Shown: positions 1-12,589 of the stretch, one piece after another | Layout of the letters: each line of letters opens with the position of its first letter | Position numbering within the stretch: the first letter of the stretch is position 1 | DNA from: Octopus vulgaris | Taxonomy: Eukaryota | DNA length: 64,000 bases | Direction of reading: 5' to 3' | Assembly (NCBI GenBank): GCA_951406725.2 | Contig: OX597818.1 | Span: 77,004,001-77,068,000 of the forward strand | Notes under the pieces: generated by a model | What the model saw: only the letters and a program-made list of their open reading frames with translations | Databases searched by the model: none | Told to the model about the DNA's origin: nothing | Program-made: the position numbers and the translations under genes

Positions 1-64
1 TTCACAAGTAGGCTGTTCCATTGATCAGATCAACCAGGATCCTTCTCATCATAACTGAGGGAGT

Positions 65-1135
65 GCTGTGGCTGTGTTGTAAGAAGCTTGCTTCCCAACT
101 GTGGTGTTATGAGCCAGACTGTGTTGGAAGGAAGGACTGGAAGTGAGGGAGTACACAGGTCTTGTTGGAAGTGGGGCCTGCGGGTCCCACCGGAAGGGCT
201 GTGGTGGCCATGTGGGTATCTGTGAGGTGCGAGCAGGCAGTTTGCAGTTGATGGATGGAGCCAGCAGCAATGGACAAGAGGATGAAACCGGCAGCCTCAT
301 GCCAGGGACTGAGGCCAGTCCTGAAGTCCCACAGCGGTCACAGAGGGAGCGGTGCCCTCCTCACTGGTTGGCTGATTACAAGACAAGTTAAGGTGCATGG
401 TCAGGGTTGAGGAGAGGGTGTGGACAGGTTAGTTGAATGATCTTCAGATTAGGTGGGGGGACGTGTGATGTTATGAGCCAGGCTGTGTTGGAGGGAAGGA
501 CTAGAAGTGAGGAAGTACCTAGGTCCTATTGGAAGTGGGGACTGTGGGTCCCACTTGAAGGGCTGCGATGGACATGCATGCATCTGCAAGGAATGAGCAG
601 GCAGTTTGCAGTTGACAGCATATGAGAGAAGACCTGTTGGATGGTATGGAAGTAGACAGACTATGTGGACATTGTGAGTGACCCCTTCCATATAGACAAG
701 TAAGACCTCTGTAATTCTCCCTCTGCTTCTGTCTTTTCCTCCTTCACAACACACCAACCACATGGTTCCAGGTTCAGTACCACTGTGTGGAACCTTGGGC
801 AAGTGTCTTCTACTATAGCCTTGGGCCAACCAAATCATCATGAGTAGATTTGGTAGATGGAAACTGAAAGAAGCCCGTCATATATATATGTATATATCTA
901 TATATATGTGTCTTTGTGTCTGTGTTTGTCTCCTCCATCAACACTTGACAACCAGTATTGATATGTTTATGTTCCCATAACTTAGCAGTTCAGCAAAAGA
1001 AACTGATAGAATAAGTACTAGGCTTAGAAAATAAGTATGAAGTCGATTTGTTAGACTAAAACCCCTGAAGGTGGTGCTCCAGAATGGCTGCAATCAAATG
1101 ACTGAAACAAGTAAAAAGATAAAAGAATAAAAGAA
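65..1135 (+). mobile_element. tRNA-derived SINE (Octopus-type), interrupted by an LTR element at 100-753
   Basis: A-box-like TGGCTGTGTTGT at ~69 and B-box-like GGTTCAGTACC at ~771, followed by ACCTTGGGCAAGTG and the body/tail shared with many other copies in the window. The head CTTCCCAAC|CACATGGTTCC is split by the insertion. Confidence 0.85.
100..753 (+). mobile_element. Internally deleted Gypsy-like LTR retrotransposon
   Basis: TGTG...CACA termini and a 5-bp TSD CCAAC (95-99 and 754-758). The partial 5' LTR 100-251 matches the full 3' LTR 464-753. A polypurine tract AGGTGGGGGG at 451-460 precedes the 3' LTR. A residual pol C-terminus QRSQRERCPPHWLADY (RRSxRxxxPPxxLxDY-type motif) ends at 391. 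Confidence 0.85.
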
Positions 1136-1358
1136 CATATATATGTGCAAGTATGTATATGCATATGTGTGTGTGTGTATGAATCTGTATGTGTATATTG
1201 GTGTACACATGTCTATATGTATAATGCATGTGTGGTTATCTTGGAATTTCAATTAGGTGTGTGTGAGTATGTTGAAACTAATACATGTTGGTGAGTGTAT
1301 TTATGTAATCAATGAGTGCGTGCATACATACATGCCTACATATATATATATATATTTA

Positions 1359-1416
<58 letters not shown>

Positions 1417-1474
1417 TGATGATAGGGAGTATGGCTCCAAACTTACAGGGGAAAATTAGATTTCACAGTATAAA

Positions 1475-1755
1475 TATAAATTAAATTAGAGATAAAACCA
1501 CTATTAGGTAACTCAAACAGTGATAGACATAAACCAATACATAAATAACAAAAAATATAAATATAATTAATATAATATATAATATATAAAATATAAAATT
1601 TTAAATTTAAATTATAAAATTTTAATATTTAAAAATTTTTTAATTTTAAATTTTTTTTATTAATTATATTAATATTTTTTGTTATTTATGTATTGGTTTA
1701 TGTCTATCACTGTTTGAGTTGCCTAATAGTGGTTTTATCTTTAATTTAATTTATA
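1475..1755. repeat. Large AT-rich palindrome (~80-bp near-perfect arms)
   Basis: AAATTAAATTAGAGATAAAACCACTATTAGGTAACTCAAACAGTGATAGACATAAACCAATAC... is mirrored at ~1673-1752. The spacer contains only A and T, and TA/TAA microsatellites flank the structure. Confidence 0.9.
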
Positions 1756-1839
1756 TATATATACACACACGCACATATACATACATATACATGCACACAA
1801 AAACTCCTGTACATAATACATATGCATCTATAAGAAACC

Positions 1840-2290
1840 TTTCTGGTGAGAAAGTAGTCAATCTGGCTTGTGTGTTCACAAGATTGATAGGCAAACAGGT
1901 GATTGGCTGGCTTCCTGAAATTAGAATTGCAGGTCATGAGTTCATCTGTATCACAAAACTTCAGCAGCCTAGTTCTTTCTTCATTGTAAGAACCAAATAA
2001 ATAGCCTCCATGGTAGCCATCCATGGTAGCCATCCATGGTAGCCATCCATGGTAGCTGCTCAAGATGTCCATTGAAGTTGCCAGCCACAAAGGATAGGTC
2101 ACTGACATTTGTCCAAGTGATAGTCTGCAAAAGAGTGTCATAAAATTGATCTTTATTTTCCTCTGGTAACCCCAGTCAAGGAGCATATGCAGAAATAATA
2201 TTTACTGTTCCATTTTGCAAAACTAGTCCAAAATTAAGTATTCAATCACATACTCCGGCTACCTCGGTTGCAGTGAGGGCAGAATGGCAG
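1840..2290 (-). mobile_element. Decayed RTE LINE endonuclease fragment
   Basis: The minus ORF contains NEERTRLLKFCDTDELMTCNSNFRKPANHL...SQIDYFL, homologous to the intact RTE at 27014-29929. A short internal ATCCATGGTAGCC tandem repeat lies at ~2008-2056. Confidence 0.85.
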
Positions 2291-2454
2291 GGCACACTGT
2301 GAACGACCATGCAGCATGGTTATATGAGACAGATAAATTAATCAACAAGTTAATAAGAACTTGCTAAAAATGAAACTAAAACTAAGAACTACTGAAATAA
2401 AATTGAAAATGAAAGACAAGCAAACAGCTAGCAAAATAGGGTATCCATATTTAT

Positions 2455-2977
2455 GACATCATCATCATCATGATCATTATCATCATCGTCATCATGATCA
2501 TCATTTAACATCTGTTTCCCATGCTGACATGGGTTGGATGGTTTGACTGGAACTGGTAAGCCAGAGAGCTGCACCAGGCTTCAGTCATCTGTTTTGGCTT
2601 GGTTTCTATGGTTGAATGCCCTTCCTAATGCCAACCACTTTACAGACTGTATTGGGGCCATTTTACATATCACTAGTACAGATGCCTTTTACATGTCACC
2701 AATACTGGCAATGACCATAATTCACTCAGCTTGATGTGTCTATTTAAGCACAGTAAATTACCAGAAGTCTTGGTCACTTGTCATTGCCTCAGAGGCTCAA
2801 CAACCAAAGATCATAAGGTAGCCCAGCACATTTTACTAGACAAGGTGATGCTATAATTAAAACAAGAGTGAACAAAACTGAAAATGAAAACTGAGTTTAT
2901 ACAACATATATATGACCCATGCCACATGGAAAAAAGAATGTTAAATGACGATGATGATATATATACATGTATGTATG

Positions 2978-3012
<35 letters not shown>

Positions 3013-3305
3013 TTTTAGCATTTGTTGCCCATGCTGGTGTGGGTTGGATGGTTTGACCAGAGCTGGTAAGCTGAGGAGCTGCACTAGACTCCAATCTGAT
3101 TTGGCATGATTTCTACAGCTGGATGCCCTTCCTAATGCCAACCATTCTGAGAGTGTAATGGGTGCTTTTATGTGCCTCTGGTACGGGTGCCACTTGCATG
3201 ACACTGGTATCTGCCATGACTATGATTTCATTTGGCTTGATGGATCTTCTTCTCAAGCACGGCATATTGATAAATGTCTCAGTCATTTGTCAATGCCTCT
3301 GTGAA
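2455..3305 (-). mobile_element. Two RTE 3'-tail copies with (CAT)n ends
   Basis: (CAT)n followed by ...CCATGCTG.CATGGGTTGGATGG...GGATGCCCTTCCTAATGCCAACCA, matching the 3' end of the full-length RTE at 26131-26300. Confidence 0.8.
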
Positions 3306-4235
3306 GAAAATATATAAATAGCAAGAAACCCTCTCTGCTTCCTTATTTTATACTTTAACCACCTCATCTCCTAATCTTGCCTTCAGATTTCATAGTCTTG
3401 CAAGCTGCTTGTGTCACAATAATAATAAATATAAGAAAAAAGAAAACACTTGATAAAGTGATTGGCATTAGGACACCTTGCTGAAGAAACCATGCCAAAA
3501 TAGACATGAGAGCATGAAGCAATCCTGGACCTTACTGGAGACTGTCATATTTTTCAGCCTATGCCAGCATAGAGGATGGACATTAAAAGTAATAATTGCT
3601 ATTGCATTTTGTGAGTATATACATGCATGAATAATTAATGACATTGTTTTACTTTGTGTTTAAAATATTGAGCACATTATGGTTATTACACAAAAAGAAT
3701 CAAAATATCAATATTACTTCACCTTTAATAACATGGAATATTCTAAAAACTGATTAAGTTAGCAATCCAAACATACTGCCATGTTTCGGCAAACTGATAT
3801 CATCATTATTTAATGTCCACTTTCCACGCTGTCTAGATTCCAACTGCTTTTTGTGGTATAGTGTCTACAGGTGGGTGCCCTTCCTAAACCCAACTACTCA
3901 ACAGAGTGTGCTGGATGTTTTTTACAGGCCACCAACACCGGTGCATTTACACAGCACCAGCACGGGTGCATTAACGCAGCACTGGTATGAATGCTTTTTA
4001 AGTGGCACCAGCACCTGAAAGGATAAGCCTGTATGTGTAGAAGATAGTGATTTTACTTAGCTTTACATGTCTTATCAAGAACAGCAGATCACCACATCTC
4101 CCTGTCCCTTATCCTTTCCTCAGTGAAGTCCAGCCTCCAAAGATCCATTCTCACCACTTCATCCCACATCTTCTTGGGTCTATCCCTTCCACAGGTACCC
4201 CCACATTTAGAACTTGGTATTAATATTTTTCAGTA

Positions 4236-5690
4236 AGGAAGGTGGTGAGCTGGCAGGATCATAAGTAAATTGCTTAACAGCAGTTTGTTTGTTTTTACGT
4301 TCTAAATTCAAATTCCACTGAGGTCGACTTTGACTTTCATCCTTCCAAGGTTGATAAAATAAGTACTAGTTGAGTACTAAAGTCAATGCAACTGACTTAC
4401 CCGAAGTTGCTGGCCTTGTGCCAAAATTTGAAACCGATATATGCAGTAAGGTGGCAAACTGACAGGACTGTTAGCATGCTGGATGACATGTTTAGCAGCA
4501 TTTCTTTTGGCTCTTTACATAAAGTCACATGGTCTAGTGGTTAGAGTGTTGTACTCACAATTGCCAGATTGTGGGCTTGATTCTAAGACCAGGCGACATG
4601 TTATGTTCTGGAGCAAAACACTTCATTTCACATTGTTCTAGTGCTATGTGGGGACCAGCATGCAAAAAATAGACACCATCTTACCTTTACGTGTTGTAAA
4701 AATGGTGACTAAAAGAGGTTGCGGTAGGATCTTTTCACTCTAGCCTCATAAATCCCTCACCAGCAACAACTACTCAAACAGACCCATGGGTTGGAGGGCT
4801 GTTGCCTGAATAGTGCAAAGGTGTCATCTACCAGGAATAGTGAATCTCCAACAAAATGGTGGATGCAGCAATTCCCTGTTACAGCACATGCCCCCACCCG
4901 ATTACTATTACTGAGTTCAAATTTTACCGAGGTTGACTTTACATTTCATTATTTTGGGGTTGATAAAATAAGGATTAGTTGAGCACTAGGGGTCAATGTA
5001 ATCGACTAGCCCACTTCCCCAAAATTTCAGGCCTTTTGCTTACAGTAGAAAGGATATTTGCAATACTGATTGTGCCGAGGTCAACTTCGTCTTCTTTCAT
5101 TTCAAGGTTGATAAAATAAATAGCAGTTCTGCTCTGGAGTCGATGTAATCGACTTATCCCCACCCCACAACATGCTAGCATTATGCCAAAATTTGAAACC
5201 AATATTTGCAATACTGGTGGAGGTGCATGGCTAAGTGATTTTGATTACTGGATCAAGCATCCTGTCATGTTCTTGAACAAAACATTTCATTTCATGTTGC
5301 TCCTGTCCACTCAGCTGGCAAAAATGTGTAATTCTGTGATGGATCAACATCTGTTCCAGGAGGGTATATATTTGCTACAGAAACCAGGAAACCAATCCTA
5401 TGAGTCTCTTTTGACTTGGAAAAAATCTTTAAGGCAGCAAGCTGGCACTAGGTTAGATGTAATTGACTTAACCCGCTCTCAAAATTGCTGGCCTTGTGCC
5501 AAAATGTGAAACCAATATTTAAAGTGGCAGGCTGGCAGAATCATTAGTATGCCAAGCAGAAGAATGCTTAGCAGCATTTTATCTGTCTTTACATTCTAGG
5601 TTCAAATGCCTTGGGGTTGTTGTATTCAACTTAGGCCCTCCACCGAAATTGCTGGCCTTGTGCCAAAATTTGAAACCAATATTTGCAATT
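4236..5690 (+). mobile_element. Cluster of SINEs with a Meta-domain-like core
   Basis: Repeated GGCAGAATC.TTAGC...GTTCAAATTCC.CCGAGGTCGACTTTG.CTTTCATCCTT...GGTTGATAAAATAAGTAC...GGCCTTGTGCCAAAATTTGAAACC. The core resembles the Meta SINE domain. Confidence 0.75.
4524..4910 (+). mobile_element. tRNA-headed SINE with a Nin-domain-like segment, nested in another SINE
   Basis: Head TGGTCTAGTGGTTAG. ACCTTTACGTGTTGTAAAAATGGTGACTAAAAG at ~4683 resembles the Nin core (CGTGTCGTAAGAGGCGACTAAA). The host SINE resumes at CTGAGTTCAAAT (4911). Confidence 0.55.
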
Positions 5691-6148
5691 CAGACCATAT
5701 TTTTTTTCTATATCTCATTGCATGTATATTAGGATATATTACAGAGAATCGTCTCTGTTAGAATATATTGCTGAGAATATATTACCAAGATGCTTCTAAG
5801 GATATTTTCTTTAATGTGATAAATCGGATATTTATTTTTTTCTTATTTCATTTTCTCACTAGAGATTATGTTTGCTGTCCTGAATTATTTATAATTACTT
5901 CTGATTATGCACTGAGCACTTTCAGTAAGCTGTATATTTCAATTAAGATTACTTATGATCTACTCTGTCGGGCCCATGCACCATGAGTCACATTATAATA
6001 TATGATACTAGATTAAGTATTTAAATGCATCAAATGACATTATTTTGTTCCTTTCAGAAACGATGGTCTCTGTTTACTTTGGAGAAATCTGTGTGTGTCG
6101 CTTATAAGCTTTAAGCTTATAATCATTATTATTTACAGAATATATATA

Positions 6149-6415
6149 TCAGGTCATCCCATAAGTAATGTCCGGACTTCTTTATTGTCAATTTCTAAAC
6201 ACTGTATTTGGACATATTTCAACTAATCAAATTTCATTTTGAAGGATAATGTAATTGAAATTTTATTTATCAGAGCTCTTTAAACATGAAATAGTCTAAG
6301 GAGCATGTGAGGCATATAATACATTATGAGTTTACAAAAGGGAACTGAAACAACTCGAAATATTCACCCAGCTTATGGACAAGAGTGCATGAATAAAGAA
6401 CTTGCAGATGTTTTG
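6149..6415 (+). mobile_element. Mariner transposon 5' fragment
   Basis: TA followed by a TCAGGTCATCCCATAAGT terminus, then a decayed HVRHIIHYEFTKG...TRNIHPAYG...TCR helix-turn-helix N-terminus typical of mariner transposases. Confidence 0.7.
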
Positions 6416-7139
6416 TAATCAATATATATTCTGTAAATAATCCTTTCTACAATAGGCACAAGCCCTGAAATTTAGGGGAAGGGGCAAGTCGATTTCATCA
6501 ATCCCCAATGTGTAACTGGTACTTACTTCATTGAGCCCCCACCCATCTGAAAGGATGAAAGGCAAAGTTGACCAAGGCAGAATTTGAACTCAGGTAGAAA
6601 AAACAGATGAAATTCCCCTAAGTATTTTGCCTGATGTAACTGACTCAATTTGGTCCTTATCACTCCTAAGGAGCAAAGTGGTGTACCAAGTCTTGGTCAG
6701 GTATTCAATAGCACTCACCAGTGGTTGTGGGACTTTGGCTCACTATAAAGCCTTGATTATTCATCCATGTGGTTTACAATCAAAAGCCATCTGGAAGCCC
6801 CACTATGGTTAAGTTCCTTTGATTATTTTACTGTCTTTTCCTGTTTCATTTTGTAAAGTAGTAGCTGCTGTACACAGCCTATTCTTTCCTCCAGCTTGCT
6901 CAGGTGTTATAAAGGTACTCAATCTGTTCTTACAGATTGAGGTATAATTTATACATGATGTTCTGGCAGTAGTTTTTAGCAAGGGTAGTTTGGTTAAAGT
7001 GGATGAAGGATGAGGGACTGGAAGTGAAGGGAAATGACATCACTTCAAGAAGAGACTGTTCTGAGCCAACTGCTTCTTGAAGTGATGTCACTTCCCTTGC
7101 TTCCAGTTTCTTATCCTTTATCCACAGCTATCTTGGGGA

Positions 7140-7311
7140 ATCATCATCATCATCATCATCGTTTAACGTCTGTTCTCCATGCTAGCATGGGTTGGACGGT
7201 TCGACCGGGGATCTGGGAAGCCAGAAGGCTGCACCAGGCTCCGGTCTTATCTGGCAATGTTTCTACAGCTGGATGCCCTTCCTAACGCCAACCACTCCGT
7301 GAGTGTAGTGG
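7140..7311 (-). mobile_element. Young 5'-truncated RTE tail
   Basis: Nearly identical to 26131-26295 of the full-length RTE. Confidence 0.85.
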
Positions 7312-8357
7312 AATCAGGAGAGTAATTGCAGTTGATAACCAATGGGGTTGCACTTGTGTGCCCTTGATATTTTCTCCATACAACCATACAATATCTCACC
7401 AATAAAAGCTGAATTCTTCACCTGTGATAATGTCTGGGTCAGGAGATTTCCTGTTTAACATTTTCTGTAGAACTGTATTTCGCTTTTGCTGGACATGCTG
7501 GCAGTAGTCCTGCTCCAGTTCTTTTAGGCATACAGCTTGTTTGTTGAATTCATTGCCTCTTTATCTTAATGTCAGGTGATAGCTGTAAGTGAACAATTCA
7601 ATCATAGAAGTTGTGCTATTTATTTCCTGTCTCCTGTGGGAAAATATATCTGGTAATGGGGAAATATTGCCTCTTTTGGGTTGGTGACAGGAAGAGCATC
7701 CGGCCACAGAAAATCTACCTCAATAAATTTCATCCACACCATGTAAGGAAAAGTGGATGTTAAAATGATGATGATAATGATGCAAAAAAGTTACATATAC
7801 AATATAGAGACACTGATTTATGCAACCTATTCCAGCATAGAAAAAAAGGATGTAAAGTGATGATGTACAACCATATTGGGTTTATATTAGACCTGTAGAC
7901 AGTCACTCAATCTGCTAAACAGCTAGATTTCCCTCAAATCACACTCTTAAAAAAAAAAAGAGAGGATATTTCTTAATGTAATCTTACAATTTCCATCAAA
8001 TATGGATGAACCTCTTTTGATCATAGGCCTGCTTGATCAGGATTGACTTGGGACTAAACAACACCAATATGCATTTATACACTCACGCGTGCATGTGTAC
8101 ACACATATAAGCCAGGCTCAGCTCAGTTCACACAGGTCTCTATATCAAAGGCGATCCAGCTGTGACCATCTTGTTTATACACATATATCTAGAATTACAT
8201 TGCCCAACATGTTCATTGTTTATTTGTTTGAAAACAAAAGGTTGTGATTCGAGGTAAATTTGGCTGCTATGTCTAGTAGGACTAGCGCCCGTAGCTGTTC
8301 CCTCGTTATTGTGTACACACATGTCTATGTACTGAGTTATTAACTACCTTTTTATGT

Positions 8358-8391
<34 letters not shown>

Positions 8392-8499
8392 ATTTTACAC
8401 GTAGTAAATAGTTCCAAAGTGGTTAAAGTAACAGTTTTGTTTTTAATTGCTAAAATATGTTCACACACTAACCATTTCCTCTTCACTTCAATAGAGATT

Positions 8500-9600
8500 T
8501 TTTAAAAACAATTTAACAATTCGGAAGTGTATTGTGTATTTTGACAAGCTAGTTTTGTATGGCTTTAATGTATTTAAACATACACACACACACTTTGAGA
8601 GTTAATCGTTTCATATTCCGGCTTACCAGATGAGAGACAAATCAACCCCTGGAGAGGATGAAAGTCTCGTTGCAGTAACTTTCCCATGAGATAATGATAC
8701 CCTGTGTGTGTGTGTGTCTGGACTTATATGATATGTATGTATATATATATGTATTATATATGTGTGTGTGTGTGTGGGATGTGCGTATATACATACATAA
8801 TACGTGAGTTGGTTGAAAGACGTGTAATTATAGTTGAGGGAGGAGTGAGGAGAAGTGTGTAAATAAAAGGAGAGTTAAACATGCAATGAGAGAGAAAAGA
8901 AAGAGTGTATATGAGCACATAAAGAGGTGAAGACAGAAAGAGAAAGACTAATACTGACAGAGTTGGAAGTGTGAGACGTGTTAGATAAACAAAGAGGGGA
9001 AAGAAGTATATGAGAGAGAAATGAGGTAGAGTGAGAGGTACTAGGCAGAAGAAGAGGGCTGGGGAGAAAAAGAAAGACAGAAGACGTTAAAGGAGGCAGT
9101 GCAAAAGAAAGACATAAAGTAAAGAGAAAGTCGAAGGTGGAGGAGAAGTAGTTAGCCACACTCGCTCTCGTACACACGGATATTAGGTTTGTGTATATTT
9201 AGGTGGAAGCCATCAGCTGTGTGTATATGCGAAGGAAGGCCAAAAACTGAAGCTATTCTTATGGCCATTGGCTAGTTTGACCACTGTCCGAAAGCCAGGT
9301 AGATACATTATGGCTTTTATTGTTTTGGTTTAGTTGGTTATTTTTAATGTAAAAAAAGCATACATGCTGAAAAAGAAGACCCTATACATGTGCTGCTTGC
9401 ATGGAGTTGATTTTTCGGCCATTTTTTGTTTGTTTCACCTGTGTTTGTTTTGATTTGGGTTTTATGGTGTTGATCATAAAGTGGGGGGTCGGTTTAAAGT
9501 GAAAATTTCCTTGTAAATCAGTCCCCGACTTTTCGACCACACTATTACTTACAAAATGGCGTATACTATTGAAATATTGTACACAAGTTGAAGAAGTATT
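8500..9600. promoter_or_regulatory. Candidate (possibly bidirectional) promoter and non-coding first exon of DCAF8
   Basis: TE-poor island with an ETS-like CGGAAGTG at 8522 and YY1-like AAAATGGC(G) at 9553 and 9418-9425 (reverse). There is a plus-strand donor CAG|GTAGAT at 9298/9299 and a minus-strand donor TG|GTAAGC at 8627/8626. Inference only. Confidence 0.35.
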
Positions 9601-10297
9601 TTAGACACATTACTGGAGTATTTGAGTTAGAAATATATATATGCGTATATATTGTATGTGTATCTATGTGGACTTTTATTTAAACTTCTGATAATTTTCA
9701 GTTAACTCTTATTTTTATAAAAAAATTATGGAACTATCTAACCGTTTAATTTTGTTTATTTACCAACTCTTATATACAGTTACATATTCATATGGTTATG
9801 TATGTGCGTATGTATATATATAACCATACATATGTGTTTGTGTGTGTGCGTATATATGTATTCTATATATATATATGTGTGTGTGTATGTATATATGTAT
9901 GTATGCGTATATGTATATTTTTGTGTGTATATATAAATATATATATAATATATGCAGGTGTTATTGATAGAAAGATCATATCTTAATATGTGTGTTAGAT
10001 ATAATGATAAGAAGAAATTATATTAATTTGTTAAAGTCTATTCTCTCTGTTAGTTGGGAATAGTTTAAAAGACATATCCTAGAATTAATTGGCCAATATT
10101 TTTCCCAATTCTAAAAATATTTCCTATTTTCCTCGAACCTATGTCTGAGCAATCACAAAACTGTTCAGCCATTTCTTTTAAGCATCTGTTTTTCACCAAC
10201 TAAAAATCATCAGCCTTCATGTCTCACTATAAATACCATCTACCTGCTCTGCACATATATGTATGTGAGTGTATGTATGTATGTGTGTGTGTATATA

Positions 10298-10340
<43 letters not shown>

Positions 10341-12589
10341 GTAGTTGTTTATGCCATGTTTTTTTAATGGTCTATTATTACGTTCGAATTCCATTTAGGT
10401 CTATTCTGTATTTTCTCTCCCCGGAACTGATAAAATAAGATACCAGTTACATACTAGGGTTGAAGGTATCGACTAAAATCTCTCTTCTCAAAATTACTGC
10501 TGGCCTTGTGCCTAAATTAGAAACCATTGATGCTATTATTATTATCATTATTATTTTAAGTGTGCAGTGTCTCGTTGTTTATCTTATAGAGTCGGCCAAT
10601 ATATTTATTCAATGGCAGATAAGGTCTCTGGCTTCTCTCAGTGTGTATTTTTTCAAACACCTCTGACCAAACAGCTATGCATTTATTATGTTTGTTGTTC
10701 TAATAATCATTACTTCAAAACACGTATCTTAATAAATAGATCATGAGTAAATCTGAACTCAGTCTTTTTAGTTTGAATTTACGGACACACACACACACAC
10801 ACACATTGAAGGTTTTAGCTAAATATCTCTTGGTTTTCTGAAATGTATTCTTCAACTATATTTTTTTGTCTTCGACACGACGCTGACACTATATATTCGT
10901 TAACAACAACAAAAATACCTTTTACCTTTGCATTTTATATCACAGTAAACATACGTGTTTATACACACATTTAGAGGAAATAGCACACACACACATATAT
11001 TAAATGTATGCAATACATATGTGTTTGATACATTTGAATTTAACACATATATTAAATACTATATTTATATGTACCTAAGTAGATTTGAATATAAGATGTT
11101 GAGAATATAAGAGATATAATAATAATAATAATGCTGGACCAGGATGTGTGTGTAGTAATTTTTTAGACTGCTTTGCTTCACCTCTCTCTCCCTCTCGTGT
11201 GTGTGTGTGTGTGTGCGTGTATGCTTGTATGTATATATAGATCATTGTATAATGTATCTTCCATGCTGGCAGGAGTGGATGGTTTGATAGGATCCGATAA
11301 GTCAGAGGACTCGAGCTCCAATGTCTACTATAGCATAGTTTCTATGACTGGATGCCCTTGTTGATGCCAACCACTTTGCAGAGTGTAGTGGGTGTCTTTT
11401 TTTTCTTCTCTCCATTGCACTGCCATTACTGAAGTCAACAAGTCACTCACAAGACAAAGCTCCTTCACTGAATGAAAGGTCTAGAGGGAGGTGGCTTTAT
11501 GCCAAGTGTTAAGGCTAACTTTTATATATATATATATATAGTATTGGTGTTTAAGTGTGTGTATTTATATCATCATTATTTTCTTTACATCTGCTTTCCA
11601 TACTGGCATGTGTTGAACATTTAGGCAGGATCAAACAGGTTGATGAACCATGTCTAGCTCCATATTTCAATTTTAGCATGATTTCCACTGTTGGCTGCCC
11701 TTCCTAATGCCAACTGCTTTAGAGAGTGTAGTGGGTGCTTTTTTTGAGTTGCACCAACTCTATTGAGGTGACCTTGTATCTTGCAACACTAAAAATCCCT
11801 CTTAAAAGAGAGGGAGACTAGGATATAGGGTGATTGCTTTATGTGAAGTGTTGAAAGATTAATGTATGATGGGAGGAGCAGCGACAAGTTTATTTTGGGG
11901 TAGGTATAGCGGGAATGAAGCCACAAAAAAATATTAATGTGGTGGTGAAGAAGTAGTAAAATATACCTCAAGATGATATACATGTCTAAGAAGGTAAATG
12001 GAAGAAAGTATGGAAATAAGAGACTCACTAGGGGTGGGTAAAGTTGCAAGAGCATGAGAGATGGATATAAGTATAGGATGGAGGTGGCCAGGTGTATATA
12101 GGAAGTGAATGTAGTCAATGGGGAAAAGGAGGGCAGGAGATCAGTGGTAAATATGCATGGGGTTACTTTAAGAATGATAGGTGAATATCAATTGGGAGTC
12201 GTGACTGGCAGTACAGAAATGGTGATATGAAATGGATAGCAGTAATTGGTTCTAATTTCATTACTTACAACTGCAGAATGATATAGTGGATAGAGTGATA
12301 GGGAGATGAGGGGTAGGGTTAAAGGCTGCAAGGAGTGTGGTAAGGATGGGTAGGTATAGGAGTGACAGTGTGCTTGAGGAAGGGGGAGAAAAAATTAACT
12401 GTAGACTTAAGGACACAGCTGAGGGATGCAATTGTGTGAATAATGTGCATGTACCTGTTTCCACAACCTTAGTTATGTACATATGCATTATGCTTTCAGA
12501 ACTTCAATCAAGATATGCTAGCATAGCTGGGTGGGTCTTCTTGAGCATCACATGTCATCAATCATCTTTGGCTGTTGAAATATTGATGC

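Noticed and set aside
10170-10220. Reverse-strand CTGATGA...GAAA
   Set aside because: No helix II or helix I pairing. The CTGATGA at 44712 and at 63221 fall in Helitron and RTE coding remnants.
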